NCBI GenBank assembly: GCA_900546275.1
Contig: URCH01000001.1
Span: forward strand, 132,458 to 196,457
Direction of reading: 5' to 3'
Length of the DNA: 64,000 nt
Origin: an uncultured Mycoplasmatota bacterium
GTDB lineage: Bacteria; Bacillota_I; Bacilli_A; RF39; UBA660
Shown: piece by piece, positions 23,017 to 34,456 of the stretch
Position numbering within the stretch: the first letter of the stretch is position 1
How the letters are laid out: each line of letters starts with the position of its first letter
The notes under the pieces: model-generated
What the model was told of the DNA's origin: nothing
Database searches by the model: none
What the model saw: only the letters and a program-made list of their open reading frames with translations
Made by a program: the position numbers and the translations under genes

Positions 23017-23106
23017 TAAAATAAGTGTTAAAATGAATTATTAGAAAACATTTAGTTTTATTTAGCAAATTTAATGGTTGATATTGATCATAATAAGGAG
23101 GTCATT

Positions 23107-25056
23107 ATGTTTAAATTAGAATCAAAATACATGCCTAGTGGTAATCAACCAGAGGCAATAAATTCATTAGTTGAAGGAATTGAAAATGGTGAAAAACATC
23201 AGGTTTTACTAGGGGCAACGGGAACAGGTAAGACATTTACAATTGCAAACGTAATTGAAAAAGTGAATAAACCAACTCTAGTTTTAGCTCATAACAAAAC
23301 ACTTGCAGGGCAATTATATGCAGAGCTTAAAGAGTTGTTTCCTAACAACCATGTATGCTATTTTGTTTCATATTATGATTACTATCAACCAGAAGCATAT
23401 GTTGCTAAAACAGATACATATATTGATAAAGATGCATCAATAAATGATGAAATAGATGAATTGCGCCATTATGCAACAGCATCACTTTTAAATAATAAAG
23501 ATGTAATAGTTGTTGCTTCAGTATCTTGTATTTATGGTATAGGAGAAATAGATGAATATAAAAACCATTTATTAATAGTTTCGACTGGTCAAACAATTGA
23601 AAGAGATGAAGTATTAGAAAAACTTGTAAATATGTTATATGAACGCAATAATATGGATTTTAAAAGGGGTACTTTTAGAGTAAGAGGAGATATTGTAGAA
23701 ATAATACCTATAAGTTTTCATAATAAAGGGATTAGGATAGAATTTTTTGGCGATGAAATAGAAAGAATCTGCGAATTTGATACAGTAACAGGAACCATTC
23801 TTAACGTTAAAAAAACAGTAACAATATTTCCAGCAAGTCACTTTGTAACAAGTAATGAAGTCTTACAAAAAGCAATTAAGAACATACAATTAGAACTAAA
23901 TGATAGATTAGAATATTTTAAAAAAGAAAATAAATATTTGGAATATCAAAGATTAATGGAAAGAACAAATTATGATATGGAGTTATTATCAGAAACAGGT
24001 TTTTGTAGAGGAGTAGAAAATTATTCAAGACACTTAGCTTTAAAACCAGCTGGTGCAACCCCAACAACACTAATGGATTTTTTTGGAAAAGATTACCTAC
24101 TTGTTATAGATGAATCACATGTTACTATTCCACAAATTAGAGGAATGTTTAATGGAGATCAAGCAAGAAAACAGGTATTAGTTGATTATGGATTTAGGTT
24201 GCCAAGTGCCTTAGATAATAGACCATTAAAATTTAATGAATTTGAAGCAAAAACAGATAAAGTTATATATGTATCTGCAACTCCAAATGATTATGAAATA
24301 GAAAAATCAAATAATAGAATAATAGAACAAATTATAAGACCAACTGGACTATTAGATCCTACAATAGAAGTAAAACCAACAAAAAATCAAATAGATGATA
24401 TTGTAGAACAAATATATAAAAGAATAGAAAAAAATGAAAGAACACTTATAACAACATTAACAATAAAAATGGCAGAAGAATTAACAAATTATTTAAAAAA
24501 ACTAAACATAAAAGTGGCATACTTACACAGTGAAATTAAAACACTTGATAGACTTAAAATAATAAGAGATTTAAGAATAGGCACATATGATGTACTCGTG
24601 GGAATAAACTTATTACGTGAAGGATTAGATATTCCAGAGGTTTCTTTAATTACAATATTAGATGCAGATAAACAAGGATTTTTAAGAAGTTCAAGAAGTT
24701 TAATTCAAACAATAGGAAGAGCTGCAAGAAACAGTGAAGGACATGTTATAATGTATGCAGATACAATAAGTGAAGCAATGGATATAGCAATCAAAGAAAC
24801 AGCAAGAAGACGAGAAATTCAAACAAAATACAATGAGGAACACAATATAATACCTAAAACAATAATAAAAGAAATAAGAGATGTAGTTTCGAATGTTAAA
24901 ACAGATAATGCTAAAACAAAAAAACTTACAAAAGCAGAAGAAAAAAAATTAATGATAAAATTAGAAGAAGAAATGAAAAAGGCTGCGGCAGAATTAGACT
25001 TTGAAAGAGCAACAGAACTTAGAGATGCTTTATTTGAATTAAAAAGCAATAATTAG
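23107..25056 (+). CDS. uvrB: excinuclease ABC subunit B
   Basis: [18 protein letters not shown]..., GATGTGKT Walker A, C-terminal UvrB/UvrC-interaction helix. Start at internal ATG with AAGGAGG RBS; no uvrA follows. Confidence 0.95.
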   Translation: MFKLESKYMPSGNQPEAINSLVEGIENGEKHQVLLGATGTGKTFTIANVIEKVNKPTLVLAHNKTLAGQLYAELKELFPNNHVCYFVSYYDYYQPEAYVAKTDTYIDKDASINDEIDELRHYATASLLNNKDVIVVASVSCIYGIGEIDEYKNHLLIVSTGQTIERDEVLEKLVNMLYERNNMDFKRGTFRVRGDIVEIIPISFHNKGIRIEFFGDEIERICEFDTVTGTILNVKKTVTIFPASHFVTSNEVLQKAIKNIQLELNDRLEYFKKENKYLEYQRLMERTNYDMELLSETGFCRGVENYSRHLALKPAGATPTTLMDFFGKDYLLVIDESHVTIPQIRGMFNGDQARKQVLVDYGFRLPSALDNRPLKFNEFEAKTDKVIYVSATPNDYEIEKSNNRIIEQIIRPTGLLDPTIEVKPTKNQIDDIVEQIYKRIEKNERTLITTLTIKMAEELTNYLKKLNIKVAYLHSEIKTLDRLKIIRDLRIGTYDVLVGINLLREGLDIPEVSLITILDADKQGFLRSSRSLIQTIGRAARNSEGHVIMYADTISEAMDIAIKETARRREIQTKYNEEHNIIPKTIIKEIRDVVSNVKTDNAKTKKLTKAEEKKLMIKLEEEMKKAAAELDFERATELRDALFELKSNN

Positions 25057-25102
25057 AATATATTTCATAAAATACATGTTATAATTAAAATGGAGATGAA
25101 TT

Positions 25103-25510
25103 ATGAAACGTAAACGTATAAATATTAAAAAAATTATGAGGTGGGTTTTACAAATTATTGGCTATTCATTTATCTTAATGTGTGCTTGTATAATCTTTAA
25201 AAAAAGCATTTATATAGATAATAGTTGTTTTGGTGTTTGGTGTTTACTTGCTTCAGTTTTAATATATTTATTAAATAAAACAGTAAAACCACTTCTTTTT
25301 TGGTTAACACTTCCAATAACTGGTTTAACACTTGGATTATTTTATCCATGTATAAATGTAATAATACTATATTTTGTAGCATTTGTAATGGGAAATCATT
25401 TTAACTTACCTGGAAATATTTTAGTAGTTTTTTTAATAGCAGTATTTATTTCTATAATGAAGTTTATATTAACACAAATAATAGATTGGTTATTTAGAAA
25501 GGAAAATTAA
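25103..25510 (+). CDS. YvlD/DUF360-like four-TM membrane protein
   Basis: 135 aa, four hydrophobic helices. Occupies the uvrB...lgt slot, as does the yvl cluster in B. subtilis. Confidence 0.45.
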   Translation: MKRKRINIKKIMRWVLQIIGYSFILMCACIIFKKSIYIDNSCFGVWCLLASVLIYLLNKTVKPLLFWLTLPITGLTLGLFYPCINVIILYFVAFVMGNHFNLPGNILVVFLIAVFISIMKFILTQIIDWLFRKEN

Positions 25511-25511
25511 A

Positions 25512-26294
25512 ATGAATCCAATATTTTTAAAAATCGGAAATATATCAATATATTGGTATTCAATATTTATTTTAATAGGTATACTTACTGCTTGTACGAT
25601 AGTTTTAAGAGAAGCAAATAAAAAAAATATTCCTAAAAAATTTATAGAAGACTTATTTTTCTATACAATAATATTTGGATTAATTGGTGCTAGATTATAC
25701 TATGTAATATTTGAATATAAACAATACATTAATAATCCATTAGATATATTTAAAGTTTGGGAAGGTGGACTTGCTATTCATGGAGGTTTAATAGCTGGAT
25801 TAATAACAATAATTATCATGACAAAAAAACATAAAATTTCAACATTAGAAATGACTGATATGATTGTTGTAGGTGTTATTATAGCTCAAGCAATTGGAAG
25901 ATGGGGAAATTTCTTCAACGGAGAGGCATATGGACCAGTTACAACATTAGATAATCTTAAACAATTACATATTCCACAGTTTATAATTAATGGAATGAAT
26001 ATAAATGGTGTTTATTATCATCCAACATTTTTATATGAATCATTGTGGAATATATTGGGCTTTATATTTTTAATAATATTAAAACATACAAATAAATTAA
26101 AAACAGGACAATTAACTGGAACTTACTTTATCTGGTATAGTGTCGGAAGATTTTTTATTGAATCTTTAAGACAAGATAGTCTAATGCTATTTGGAATATT
26201 GAAACAAGCACAAATAATATCAATAATTTTGATAATTATAGGAATAATAATAATATTCGTATCAAGAAAAAATAAAAAATATTGTGAGGAATGA
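25512..26294 (+). CDS. lgt: prolipoprotein diacylglyceryl transferase
   Basis: Lgt signature ...GARLYYV...WEGGLAIHGG... Confidence 0.9.
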   Translation: MNPIFLKIGNISIYWYSIFILIGILTACTIVLREANKKNIPKKFIEDLFFYTIIFGLIGARLYYVIFEYKQYINNPLDIFKVWEGGLAIHGGLIAGLITIIIMTKKHKISTLEMTDMIVVGVIIAQAIGRWGNFFNGEAYGPVTTLDNLKQLHIPQFIINGMNINGVYYHPTFLYESLWNILGFIFLIILKHTNKLKTGQLTGTYFIWYSVGRFFIESLRQDSLMLFGILKQAQIISIILIIIGIIIIFVSRKNKKYCEE

Positions 26295-26298
26295 TAAA

Positions 26299-27192
26299 AT
26301 GTATGATTCAATAATAATAGGAGCTGGAATTGCTGGAATAACATCGGCAATATACTTAAAACGTTCAAATAAAAAAATACTACTCATTGAAAATAACATG
26401 CCGGGTGGTCAAATAAATAAAACAAGTAGAATAGATAATTATCCAGGATATTTAGGTGATGGACCAACCCTAGTATCAAAAATGTTGGAACAACTAAAAA
26501 AATTAGATATAGAAATAACATATGGTAATGTAGTTGATATAGAAAATAAAGAAAAATATAAAATAGTTAAAACAAATAATTGTGAATATGAGACATCAAC
26601 TATAATTATTGCAACAGGTCGTGAACCAAGAAAACCAGATTTAAAAAATTTGGATAAATTAGTAGGGCATGGTGTTAGTTATTGTGCATCATGTGATGGA
26701 TATTTTTATAAAAATAAGGATGTTATAGTACAAGGTGGAGGCAACAGTGCATTAGAAGAAAGTCTACTCTTAAGTGATATAGCTAAAACTGTAACAATTG
26801 TTCATAGAAAAGATAAATTTACAGCAGATCAAATTTTGATAGATGAAGTAAATGAAAAACAAAATGTAAATATAAAATATAATTCAACAATACAAGAATT
26901 AATAGAATCAAATGGAATTTTAACTGGAATAAAATTAGATACAGATGAAATATTAAATGCAAGTGCCTTGTTTATATATATTGGATTAATTCCAACATCA
27001 TATTTTTTCTCAAAATTAGGAATAAAAACACAAGATAATTACATTATTGTTAATGATAAAATGGAAACAAGTATAAAGGGTATATATGCTTGTGGCGACA
27101 TAATTAAAAAAGATATATACCAATTAGTAACAGCAGCAAGTGAAGGAGCAACCTCAGCTATTAATGTCATAAAATATATTAAAGGACTATAA
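26299..27192 (+). CDS. trxB: thioredoxin-disulfide reductase
   Basis: FAD site IIGAGIAG, redox CASCDG, NADPH site GGGNSALEE. Start MYDS with GAGGA RBS. Confidence 0.85.
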   Translation: MYDSIIIGAGIAGITSAIYLKRSNKKILLIENNMPGGQINKTSRIDNYPGYLGDGPTLVSKMLEQLKKLDIEITYGNVVDIENKEKYKIVKTNNCEYETSTIIIATGREPRKPDLKNLDKLVGHGVSYCASCDGYFYKNKDVIVQGGGNSALEESLLLSDIAKTVTIVHRKDKFTADQILIDEVNEKQNVNIKYNSTIQELIESNGILTGIKLDTDEILNASALFIYIGLIPTSYFFSKLGIKTQDNYIIVNDKMETSIKGIYACGDIIKKDIYQLVTAASEGATSAINVIKYIKGL

Positions 27193-27250
27193 TGTCTTTT
27201 TTAATTGTTTTAAAATTAAATGTATAGTATAATTGTTAAGGGTGGTTCGA

Positions 27251-28198
27251 ATGAATAAGAAAGTAGTTGTATTAGGTGGTGGAAATGGAATGTCCACTTT
27301 ATTAAGAGGATTAAAACAATTTCCGGTAGATTTAACTGCTATAGTATCTGTTTGTGACGATGGTGGAAGCACAGGCGGATTAAGAAAAGAATTTAATACA
27401 CCAGCGGTAGGTGATATAAGAAGAGTTTTAATATCACTTTCAGAAACAGAACCTTTATTTGAAAAAATGTTTAATTATAGATTTCAAACGGATGGATATT
27501 TAAATGGTCATGCTGTAGGTAATTTTTTATTACAGTCTATGGCTAATATTACAGGATCCATGTCAGATGGAATAGAAGCTCTAGGAAAGGTTTTAAATTT
27601 AAAAGGAAAGGTATTACCACTAACAGAGAAAGGTGATTTAACACTTGTAGCTGAAATGACTGATGGTACGATAGTTGAAGGGGAACATTTTATTACTGAA
27701 ACTCATAAAAAAATCAAAAAAGTTTATTATAAAGAAAATCCACAGATAACACCAGAAGCAATAGAATCAATCAAAACAGCCGACCTAATTATTTTAAGTA
27801 TGGGAAGTTTATATACAAGTATAATACCAAATTTAATATCACCAGAAGTAAAAGAAGCAATGGATTTATCAAATGCAAAAATAATGTATGTATGTAATAT
27901 AGTTACACAACCTGGAGAAACAGATGATTTTACAGTAAGTGATCACATAAAAGTATTAAATGAATATTTAGGAAAACGAAAAGTAGATGTTGTTATAGTA
28001 AACGATGGACATATAGACGTTGATATAGCAGAAAAATATCAAACTTTAGAACAAAAGGACCCAGTTATATTTGATAAAAAAGAAGTGGAAAAATTAGGAG
28101 TTCAAATTATATCTGACAACTTGATAAAAATAGAAGATGATATGTTAAGACATGATGTAATAAAGGTGGCTTTAAATATATTTACATTCTTATTATAG
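27251..28198 (+). CDS. yvcK: gluconeogenesis factor / UPF0052 (YvcK/CofD-like) protein
   Basis: VVVLGGGNGMSTLLRGL...VCDDGGSTG signature; directly precedes whiA as in Firmicutes. Confidence 0.8.
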   Translation: MNKKVVVLGGGNGMSTLLRGLKQFPVDLTAIVSVCDDGGSTGGLRKEFNTPAVGDIRRVLISLSETEPLFEKMFNYRFQTDGYLNGHAVGNFLLQSMANITGSMSDGIEALGKVLNLKGKVLPLTEKGDLTLVAEMTDGTIVEGEHFITETHKKIKKVYYKENPQITPEAIESIKTADLIILSMGSLYTSIIPNLISPEVKEAMDLSNAKIMYVCNIVTQPGETDDFTVSDHIKVLNEYLGKRKVDVVIVNDGHIDVDIAEKYQTLEQKDPVIFDKKEVEKLGVQIISDNLIKIEDDMLRHDVIKVALNIFTFLL

Positions 28199-28202
28199 GT
28201 AT

Positions 28203-29126
28203 ATGTCATTTACAAGTAACGTAAAAAATGAAATAAGTAAAAAAGAATTAAATGAAGCCAACCAAATTGAACAAATATCCGAACTATCAGCTATAGTAAG
28301 TAATTCATCACAAATTTTAGATACAATAAAAATTTCAACAGAAAATGCCAGTGTAGCTAGAAGAATATATAATTTAGAAAAAAATATATACAAAATGATT
28401 CCTAAAATTACCGTTAGAAAAGGATATAATTATAATAAATCATATATATATATAATTGAATTAAAATATGATATATCATTATTCTTAAATACTGTTGGTC
28501 TTAATAAAAATAACATACCTGAAGAATATATAATAGATGATGATAACTTAACAAGATCATATTTAAGAGGATTATTTCTTTCATGTGGGAGCATTAATGA
28601 TCCTAAAAAATCAAGATATCATTTAGAGTTTATAGTTCAAACAAAAGAATATGCTGAATTTATAAGTAACATATTAAATCAATATCTATTAAATAGTAAA
28701 TACCTTAAACGTGACAATAGATATATGGTATATATAAAAGAAGCTGAAAAAATAGGAGATTTTTTAAGAATTATAAACGCAAACCAAGCTGTTCTTTATT
28801 ATGAAGATATAAGAATATATAGAGATCATAAAAACATGACTAATAGACTTAATAATTGTGAGCAAGCAAATGTAGATAAAATAATAGAAACAGCTACCAA
28901 CCAAATAAATGAAATTAACTTGATAAAAGAAAAACAATTATTTGATTTATTATCAGAAAAAGATAAAATAGCAGCTGATTATAGAATAAAATATCCTGAA
29001 TCATCATTACAAGAATTAGCTGAAATAATTTCAATAGAAACAAATTCAACACTTACAAAATCAGGTTTACATCATAGATTTAATAGAATAAAATCACTTG
29101 CAAACAAAATAAAAAATAATGAGTAG
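28203..29126 (+). CDS. whiA: sporulation/cell-division regulator WhiA
   Basis: Degenerate LAGLIDADG-like domains (YLRGLFLSCGSIN) plus C-terminal HTH. Confidence 0.8.
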   Translation: MSFTSNVKNEISKKELNEANQIEQISELSAIVSNSSQILDTIKISTENASVARRIYNLEKNIYKMIPKITVRKGYNYNKSYIYIIELKYDISLFLNTVGLNKNNIPEEYIIDDDNLTRSYLRGLFLSCGSINDPKKSRYHLEFIVQTKEYAEFISNILNQYLLNSKYLKRDNRYMVYIKEAEKIGDFLRIINANQAVLYYEDIRIYRDHKNMTNRLNNCEQANVDKIIETATNQINEINLIKEKQLFDLLSEKDKIAADYRIKYPESSLQELAEIISIETNSTLTKSGLHHRFNRIKSLANKIKNNE

Positions 29127-29150
29127 GAATAGGAAACTATTCCTTTTAAT
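29126..29150 (+). terminator. rho-independent terminator after whiA
   Basis: GGAATAGgaaaCTATTCC followed by TTTTAAT. Confidence 0.5.
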
Positions 29151-29191
29151 AATCATTAAAATATAGTATAATACAATATAGAAGGTGAATC

Positions 29192-30154
29192 ATGAATAAT
29201 GCATTAAAAAAAATAATCAAAACAATAAAAAAATATGATAGAATAATAATCACAGGTCATAAAAACCCTGATTTTGATAGTTTTGCATCCTCTTTAGGAA
29301 TGTATGAAATTTGTAAAAAATTAAAAAAAGAAGCATATGTTTATATTTCGTTAGACAAAATAAATAAATCATTAGAAAAAGGTGTTCAAGCACTGAAAGA
29401 TGCAAAAGAAATATATAACTTAATAGATTTACAAAAATCAAAAGAGTTAATAGATAAAGATACATTATTAATAGCAATGGATTTTTGCAATAAAAAATTA
29501 ATTGAAAATGAAGATTTACTAGAACTGGATACAATAATAATTGATCATCACATAATAGATGATAATCTTAAAATAAACTCTATTTATGAACTTATAGATA
29601 ATAATGCTTCAAGTGCCTCTGAGATTATAACATTCTTTATAAATCAGTTGCACATACAACCATCTAGTCTTGTTTCAACATTATTACTAGTAGGTATAGA
29701 AGTAGATACAAATGGTTATATGATGAAAACAACATCAAGAACATTTTTAGCTTCCTCAATTCTATTAGATTTGAAAGCTGATTGCAAAATAAAAACAGAA
29801 ATATTAAAAGAAACAAGAGAAAACTATATTAAAAAAGCAAACATTATTAAAAGAAGTTACATGGTTAATGATCAAATGATTATATGTATATTGAACAATG
29901 AAATATATGACCAAAAAGATTTAGCAGAAGTAGCTGATGAATTAATACAATTTGAAGATGTAGAAGCTTCATTTGTTATAGGAAAAATAGAACAAAATAA
30001 AGTTTCAATAAGTGCGCGCTCAATTGGTAACATAAATGTACAACAAATAATGAATTCTTTAGGTGGAGGGGGTTCTCAAACATCAGCAGCTGCACAATTT
30101 CAAGATAAAACAATAAGAGAAGCAAAAGAAAAATTATTAAAAATAATTAGATGA
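29192..30154 (+). CDS. stand-alone DHH/DHHA1 phosphoesterase in GdpP position (NrnA/GdpP-like)
   Basis: DHH motif [12 protein letters not shown]1 region [14 protein letters not shown]. Sits immediately upstream of rplI-dnaB, as gdpP does in Bacillus, but only 320 aa. Confidence 0.7.
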   Translation: MNNALKKIIKTIKKYDRIIITGHKNPDFDSFASSLGMYEICKKLKKEAYVYISLDKINKSLEKGVQALKDAKEIYNLIDLQKSKELIDKDTLLIAMDFCNKKLIENEDLLELDTIIIDHHIIDDNLKINSIYELIDNNASSASEIITFFINQLHIQPSSLVSTLLLVGIEVDTNGYMMKTTSRTFLASSILLDLKADCKIKTEILKETRENYIKKANIIKRSYMVNDQMIICILNNEIYDQKDLAEVADELIQFEDVEASFVIGKIEQNKVSISARSIGNINVQQIMNSLGGGGSQTSAAAQFQDKTIREAKEKLLKIIR

Positions 30155-30162
30155 GGTGTAAT

Positions 30163-30606
30163 ATGAGAGTAATATTTTTAAAAGACGTAAAAGGACAAGG
30201 AAAAAAGGGAGAAATTAAAACTGTTTCAGATGGATATGGTAAAAATTTCTTAATAAAAAATGGATATGCGGTAATGGCAACACCCACAAGTTTAAAAATT
30301 CTTAGTGAACAAAATGAAGAAGCACAAAAACAAGAAGAAGAAAATATAAAAGAATGTACAGAATTAAAACAAAAAATAGAACAATTAAAAATCAAAATAC
30401 CAGTAAAAACGGGAGCTTCAGATAAGGTATTTGGAAGTGTTAGTACAAAAACAATCCATACAGAATTATCAAATAAAGGTATTAAAATAGATAAGAAAAA
30501 AATCCATTTAGAAGAACCAATATCATCATTAGGTTTCCATAATATTGAAATAAATTTACATAAAAAGGTAACAGCAATTCTTAAAGTTGAATTAACAAGG
30601 AAGTGA
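30163..30606 (+). CDS. rplI: 50S ribosomal protein L9
   Basis: [19 protein letters not shown]... N-terminus; GAGGTG RBS; track ORF starts 4 codons earlier. Confidence 0.85.
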   Translation: MRVIFLKDVKGQGKKGEIKTVSDGYGKNFLIKNGYAVMATPTSLKILSEQNEEAQKQEEENIKECTELKQKIEQLKIKIPVKTGASDKVFGSVSTKTIHTELSNKGIKIDKKKIHLEEPISSLGFHNIEINLHKKVTAILKVELTRK

Positions 30607-31949
30607 TTAATGTGCAAGAAAAAAAGATGCCATGTAACTTAGATGCAGAGCAATCTGTACTTGGGGCAATGTTTTTATCCAAATATGCATTACAAAAAGC
30701 AGTAGAAACACTTAACAAGGATTTGTTTTATTCAGAAGCAAACGGAAAAATCTTTGAAGTAATGAGTTTATTAGCAGAACAAAATATACCAATAGATGCA
30801 ACTACCGTAACATCTGAATTAGAAAATAAAAATATTTTGTCACAAGTAGGTGGAGTCGAGTATATAACTGATATAATTAATACAGTTCCATCAGCTGTAA
30901 ATATAGATGAATATATAAAAATTGTAGAAGAAAAAGCAATTCGTAGAAGACTAATCGATACATCAGCAGAAATCGCAACAGAGGGATATAATTCACAAAA
31001 TGATATTTCAGAGATACTTGATAATGCCGAAAAAAAGATACTTAATGTAGTAAAATCTAAAAAAGGGACAGAATTTAAGTCAATTCAAGAAGTTCTATAT
31101 AAAGCACAAAATGATTTGGAAAAACTAGCTCAAACAAAAGGTGAAATAACTGGCCTAGCAACAGGTTTTTATGATTTAGATAAAATTACATCAGGATTTC
31201 ATGAAAATGAACTAATAATAATAGCTGCTCGTCCAGCAATGGGAAAAACTGCATTTGCCTTAAATCTTGCAAGTAATATAGCTATTCAATCAGGAAAGAC
31301 AGTTGCATTATTTAATATGGAAATGGGTGCAGAACAATTAATAAACAGAATGCTTTCATCAATAGGTCAAATAGAAGGTAAAAAATTTAGAACAGGGCAT
31401 TTGGAAAATGAAGATTGGAAAAAACTAAATGAAGCTATAAGTAAACTAGCAGAAACCAAAATTTTTATAGATGATACTCCAGGTATGACAATTGGAGAAA
31501 TAAGGGCTAAATGTAGACGTTTAGCTTCTTCAGAAAAAGGTTTAGGTATTGTAATAATAGATTACTTACAATTAATTAGTGGTTCTGCAAGATATGCAGG
31601 AAATAGACAACAAGAAGTTTCAGAAATTTCTAGATCATTAAAAACTCTTGCCATGGAACTAAAAATACCAGTAATAGCTTTAGCTCAACTTTCACGTACA
31701 GTAGAAGGTAGAGAAGATAAAAGACCATTACTTAGTGATCTAAGAGAATCTGGATCAATAGAACAAGATGCAGATATAGTTGCTTTCTTATATAGAGATG
31801 ATTACTATACAAAAGAAACATCAATAGATGAAAATACAAGCAAAAGTGAATTTATAATTGCAAAACATCGTAATGGACCAACAACCACTGTTGATTTAAT
31901 ATTTAAAAGAAATACTTCTACATTCGTAAATATGTTAAAGGAAGATTAA
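30603..31949 (+). CDS. dnaB: replicative DNA helicase (DnaB family; DnaC in Bacillus nomenclature)
   Basis: N-terminal [12 protein letters not shown], Walker [13 protein letters not shown], RecA-like core. Start uncertain: GTG 30603, GTG 30612 (best SD spacing) or ATG 30627. Confidence 0.9.
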   Translation: MINVQEKKMPCNLDAEQSVLGAMFLSKYALQKAVETLNKDLFYSEANGKIFEVMSLLAEQNIPIDATTVTSELENKNILSQVGGVEYITDIINTVPSAVNIDEYIKIVEEKAIRRRLIDTSAEIATEGYNSQNDISEILDNAEKKILNVVKSKKGTEFKSIQEVLYKAQNDLEKLAQTKGEITGLATGFYDLDKITSGFHENELIIIAARPAMGKTAFALNLASNIAIQSGKTVALFNMEMGAEQLINRMLSSIGQIEGKKFRTGHLENEDWKKLNEAISKLAETKIFIDDTPGMTIGEIRAKCRRLASSEKGLGIVIIDYLQLISGSARYAGNRQQEVSEISRSLKTLAMELKIPVIALAQLSRTVEGREDKRPLLSDLRESGSIEQDADIVAFLYRDDYYTKETSIDENTSKSEFIIAKHRNGPTTTVDLIFKRNTSTFVNMLKED

Positions 31950-31950
31950 A

Positions 31951-32700
31951 ATGGAAGTATCAGTTTTATCAAGTGGTTCAAAAGGAAATTGTTGTTATAT
32001 AAAAGATGATTCAACCCAGATATTGATAGATCTAGGTACAACATCATTATATATTGAAAAAAATTTAAAAGATTTAAATACAACACCAGATAAAATACAA
32101 GCAATCTTTTTAACACATACTCATACAGATCATACAAGTGCATTAAAAGTATTTACAAAAAAATACAATACAAAAGTATATTTGACATTACCAATGTATA
32201 AGGAATTAAATCTTAATTTACCAAATTATGAATTTATAGAAGATACAATAAATATTGGTTCTTTAAAAATAACTCCATTCAAAACTTCACATGATGTAGC
32301 CGATTCTAATGGATATGTAATAGAATCTGAAACTAAATCAATTGTTTATGTAACAGATACTGGGTATATAAATATTAGAAATTATAAATTATTAAAAAAT
32401 AGAGATTTATATGTATTTGAAAGTAATCATGATGTGGATTTACTTATGGAAAATCCAAAATATCCATATCATATCAAACAAAGAATACTAGGAGACAAAG
32501 GACACTTATCAAATAAAGATTCATCTAGATATCTAAAACAATTAGCTGGCGAAAAAACAAAACATATAGTACTAGCCCATCTTAGTGAAGAAAATAATAC
32601 ACCATCTTTAGCATATGAAACATTGAAAGAACAAAATATTGATAATTGTGAAATAATAATAGCGCATCAGAATGAAAAAACGGAGTTAATAGAAGTATGA
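31951..32700 (+). CDS. MBL-fold metallo-hydrolase (YycJ-like)
   Basis: HTHTDH metal-binding motif; 249 aa. Confidence 0.6.
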   Translation: MEVSVLSSGSKGNCCYIKDDSTQILIDLGTTSLYIEKNLKDLNTTPDKIQAIFLTHTHTDHTSALKVFTKKYNTKVYLTLPMYKELNLNLPNYEFIEDTINIGSLKITPFKTSHDVADSNGYVIESETKSIVYVTDTGYINIRNYKLLKNRDLYVFESNHDVDLLMENPKYPYHIKQRILGDKGHLSNKDSSRYLKQLAGEKTKHIVLAHLSEENNTPSLAYETLKEQNIDNCEIIIAHQNEKTELIEV

Positions 32701-33140
32701 TAAAAATAATATGTGTTGGAAAAATAAAAGAAAAATTTTATGTAGAAGCAATAAATGAATATAAAAAAAGATTAACAAAATATACAAAAATTGAAATAAT
32801 TGAGGTTCCTGATGAACAAAATAATTCATTAATTAAAGAAAAAGAAAACATATTAAAAGTTTTAAATTTAAAAGATTACATTGTAACTTTAGAAATAGAA
32901 GGTAAAAAAATGACTTCAGAAATGTTTTCACAATTTATAGACAAAACACAAATAATAAATCCAAATATTACATTTATAATAGGTGGTTCATCAGGATTAC
33001 ATGACGAAATTAAAAAAATATCAAACTATAAAATATCTTTTTCAGATATGACTTTCCCACATCAATTATTTAGAGTAATATTACTTGAACAAGTATATAG
33101 AGCATATAAAATATTAAATAACGAAACTTATCATAAATAA
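32697..33140 (+). CDS. rlmH: 23S rRNA (pseudouridine1915-N3)-methyltransferase RlmH
   Basis: SPOUT family; conserved FIIGGSSGL...MTFPHQLFRVILLEQVYRAYKI...YHK. Confidence 0.85.
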   Translation: MIKIICVGKIKEKFYVEAINEYKKRLTKYTKIEIIEVPDEQNNSLIKEKENILKVLNLKDYIVTLEIEGKKMTSEMFSQFIDKTQIINPNITFIIGGSSGLHDEIKKISNYKISFSDMTFPHQLFRVILLEQVYRAYKILNNETYHK

Positions 33141-33181
33141 TGAATAAAAAAATTATAATCGTCCACTATTAAATAGAAAGG

Positions 33182-33712
33182 ATGATTTTTTTGAAACCAT
33201 TTATTACATTTATATTAATAATATTATCGTTTTATATAATAGGAAATATTTTTGAAGAAAAAGTAAAAATACCAGAAGAATCAATTAGATTAAGAGTGGT
33301 AGCCAATAGCAATGCCGAATATGACCAGACAATAAAAAAAGAAGTAGCTAAGTCACTTCAAAAAGAAATTAACACATTAATTACCACTAAAGATAATGTT
33401 CAAACAACAAAACTAAAACTAAAAGATAATATGAATACATTAGAAAATAACATAAATGAAATATTCAATAAAAACAATTATCATAAAAACTATAATATTA
33501 ATTTAGGACTAAATTACTTTCCACAAAAAGATTTCAAAGGAATCATTTACAAAGAAGGTTATTATGAATCACTTCTTGTTACTATAGGAGAAGGAAAAGG
33601 AAATAATTGGTGGTGTGTCTTATTTCCTCCACTATGCGTTTTGGAGGCAGAAGAAAGTAATACTGTAGAATATAAATCATTAATAAAAGAAATAATAGAT
33701 AAATATTTATAA
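33182..33712 (+). CDS. spoIIR: stage II sporulation protein R
   Basis: Signature NNWWCVLFPPLC plus N-terminal TM. True start may be TTG at 33191 (better SD spacing). Confidence 0.75.
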   Translation: MIFLKPFITFILIILSFYIIGNIFEEKVKIPEESIRLRVVANSNAEYDQTIKKEVAKSLQKEINTLITTKDNVQTTKLKLKDNMNTLENNINEIFNKNNYHKNYNINLGLNYFPQKDFKGIIYKEGYYESLLVTIGEGKGNNWWCVLFPPLCVLEAEESNTVEYKSLIKEIIDKYL

Positions 33713-33762
33713 TAAGTATAAAAGTTTCCTATATAAATATAATTTTATAGGAGGCTTTTATT

Positions 33763-34302
33763 ATGGAAATAATATTATTAGTAATAATTGCAGTAACATT
33801 AAGTATGGATGCATTTTCACTTTCTCTTGCTTATGGAACAATAGGATTAGATAAAAAAAATATAATTTTACTATCTTGTATAGTTGGAATATATCATTTT
33901 ATAATGCCACAAATAGGAAATTTATTTGGAATTTTAATATTAAAAATAATTAAAATTGAGACAAATATAATTGTTGCCCTTATATTCACGATAATAGGAA
34001 TACAAATGATAGTAGAGTTATTTAAAGAAGAAAAAGAAACATTTCCATTAAAAATATCACAAATGATACTATTTGGATTTGCAGTTAGTATAGATAGTTT
34101 TTCAGTTGGTATAGGTTTAAATGCAATAACAAATAAAAATATATTAGCATCAAGTATATTTTCTATAATAAGTTTTTTATTTACATATGTAGGGTTAAAA
34201 ACAGGAAAATACATTAATGAAAAAATAGGAAAAATATCTACATTAATAGGTGGAATAATTATAATTATCTTTGCGTTACTATATTTATTTAAAATAATAT
34301 AG
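33763..34302 (+). CDS. DUF204 membrane protein (MntP manganese exporter / sporulation YtaF family)
   Basis: Duplicated LSMDAFS / VSIDSFS motifs and six TM helices. Confidence 0.6.
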   Translation: MEIILLVIIAVTLSMDAFSLSLAYGTIGLDKKNIILLSCIVGIYHFIMPQIGNLFGILILKIIKIETNIIVALIFTIIGIQMIVELFKEEKETFPLKISQMILFGFAVSIDSFSVGIGLNAITNKNILASSIFSIISFLFTYVGLKTGKYINEKIGKISTLIGGIIIIIFALLYLFKII

Positions 34303-34456
34303 TTTTTATTTACACTAAAAAAACATAAATTACTTGATAAATATATTAAAACAAATTATAATTATAATGGTGGTAAATACTATTTTTAAATTAATTAATA
34401 AGGCAATAAACACCATAGTAAGAAAAAAACATATTAATATAGTAGTGGAGGATATT

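Noticed and set aside
33727-33752. Hairpin TCCTATA...TATAGGA after spoIIR as a terminator
   Set aside because: Its 3' arm overlaps the RBS (ATAGGAGG) of the next gene and the following T-run is weak. It is more likely an RBS-occluding structure, or chance in AT-rich DNA.
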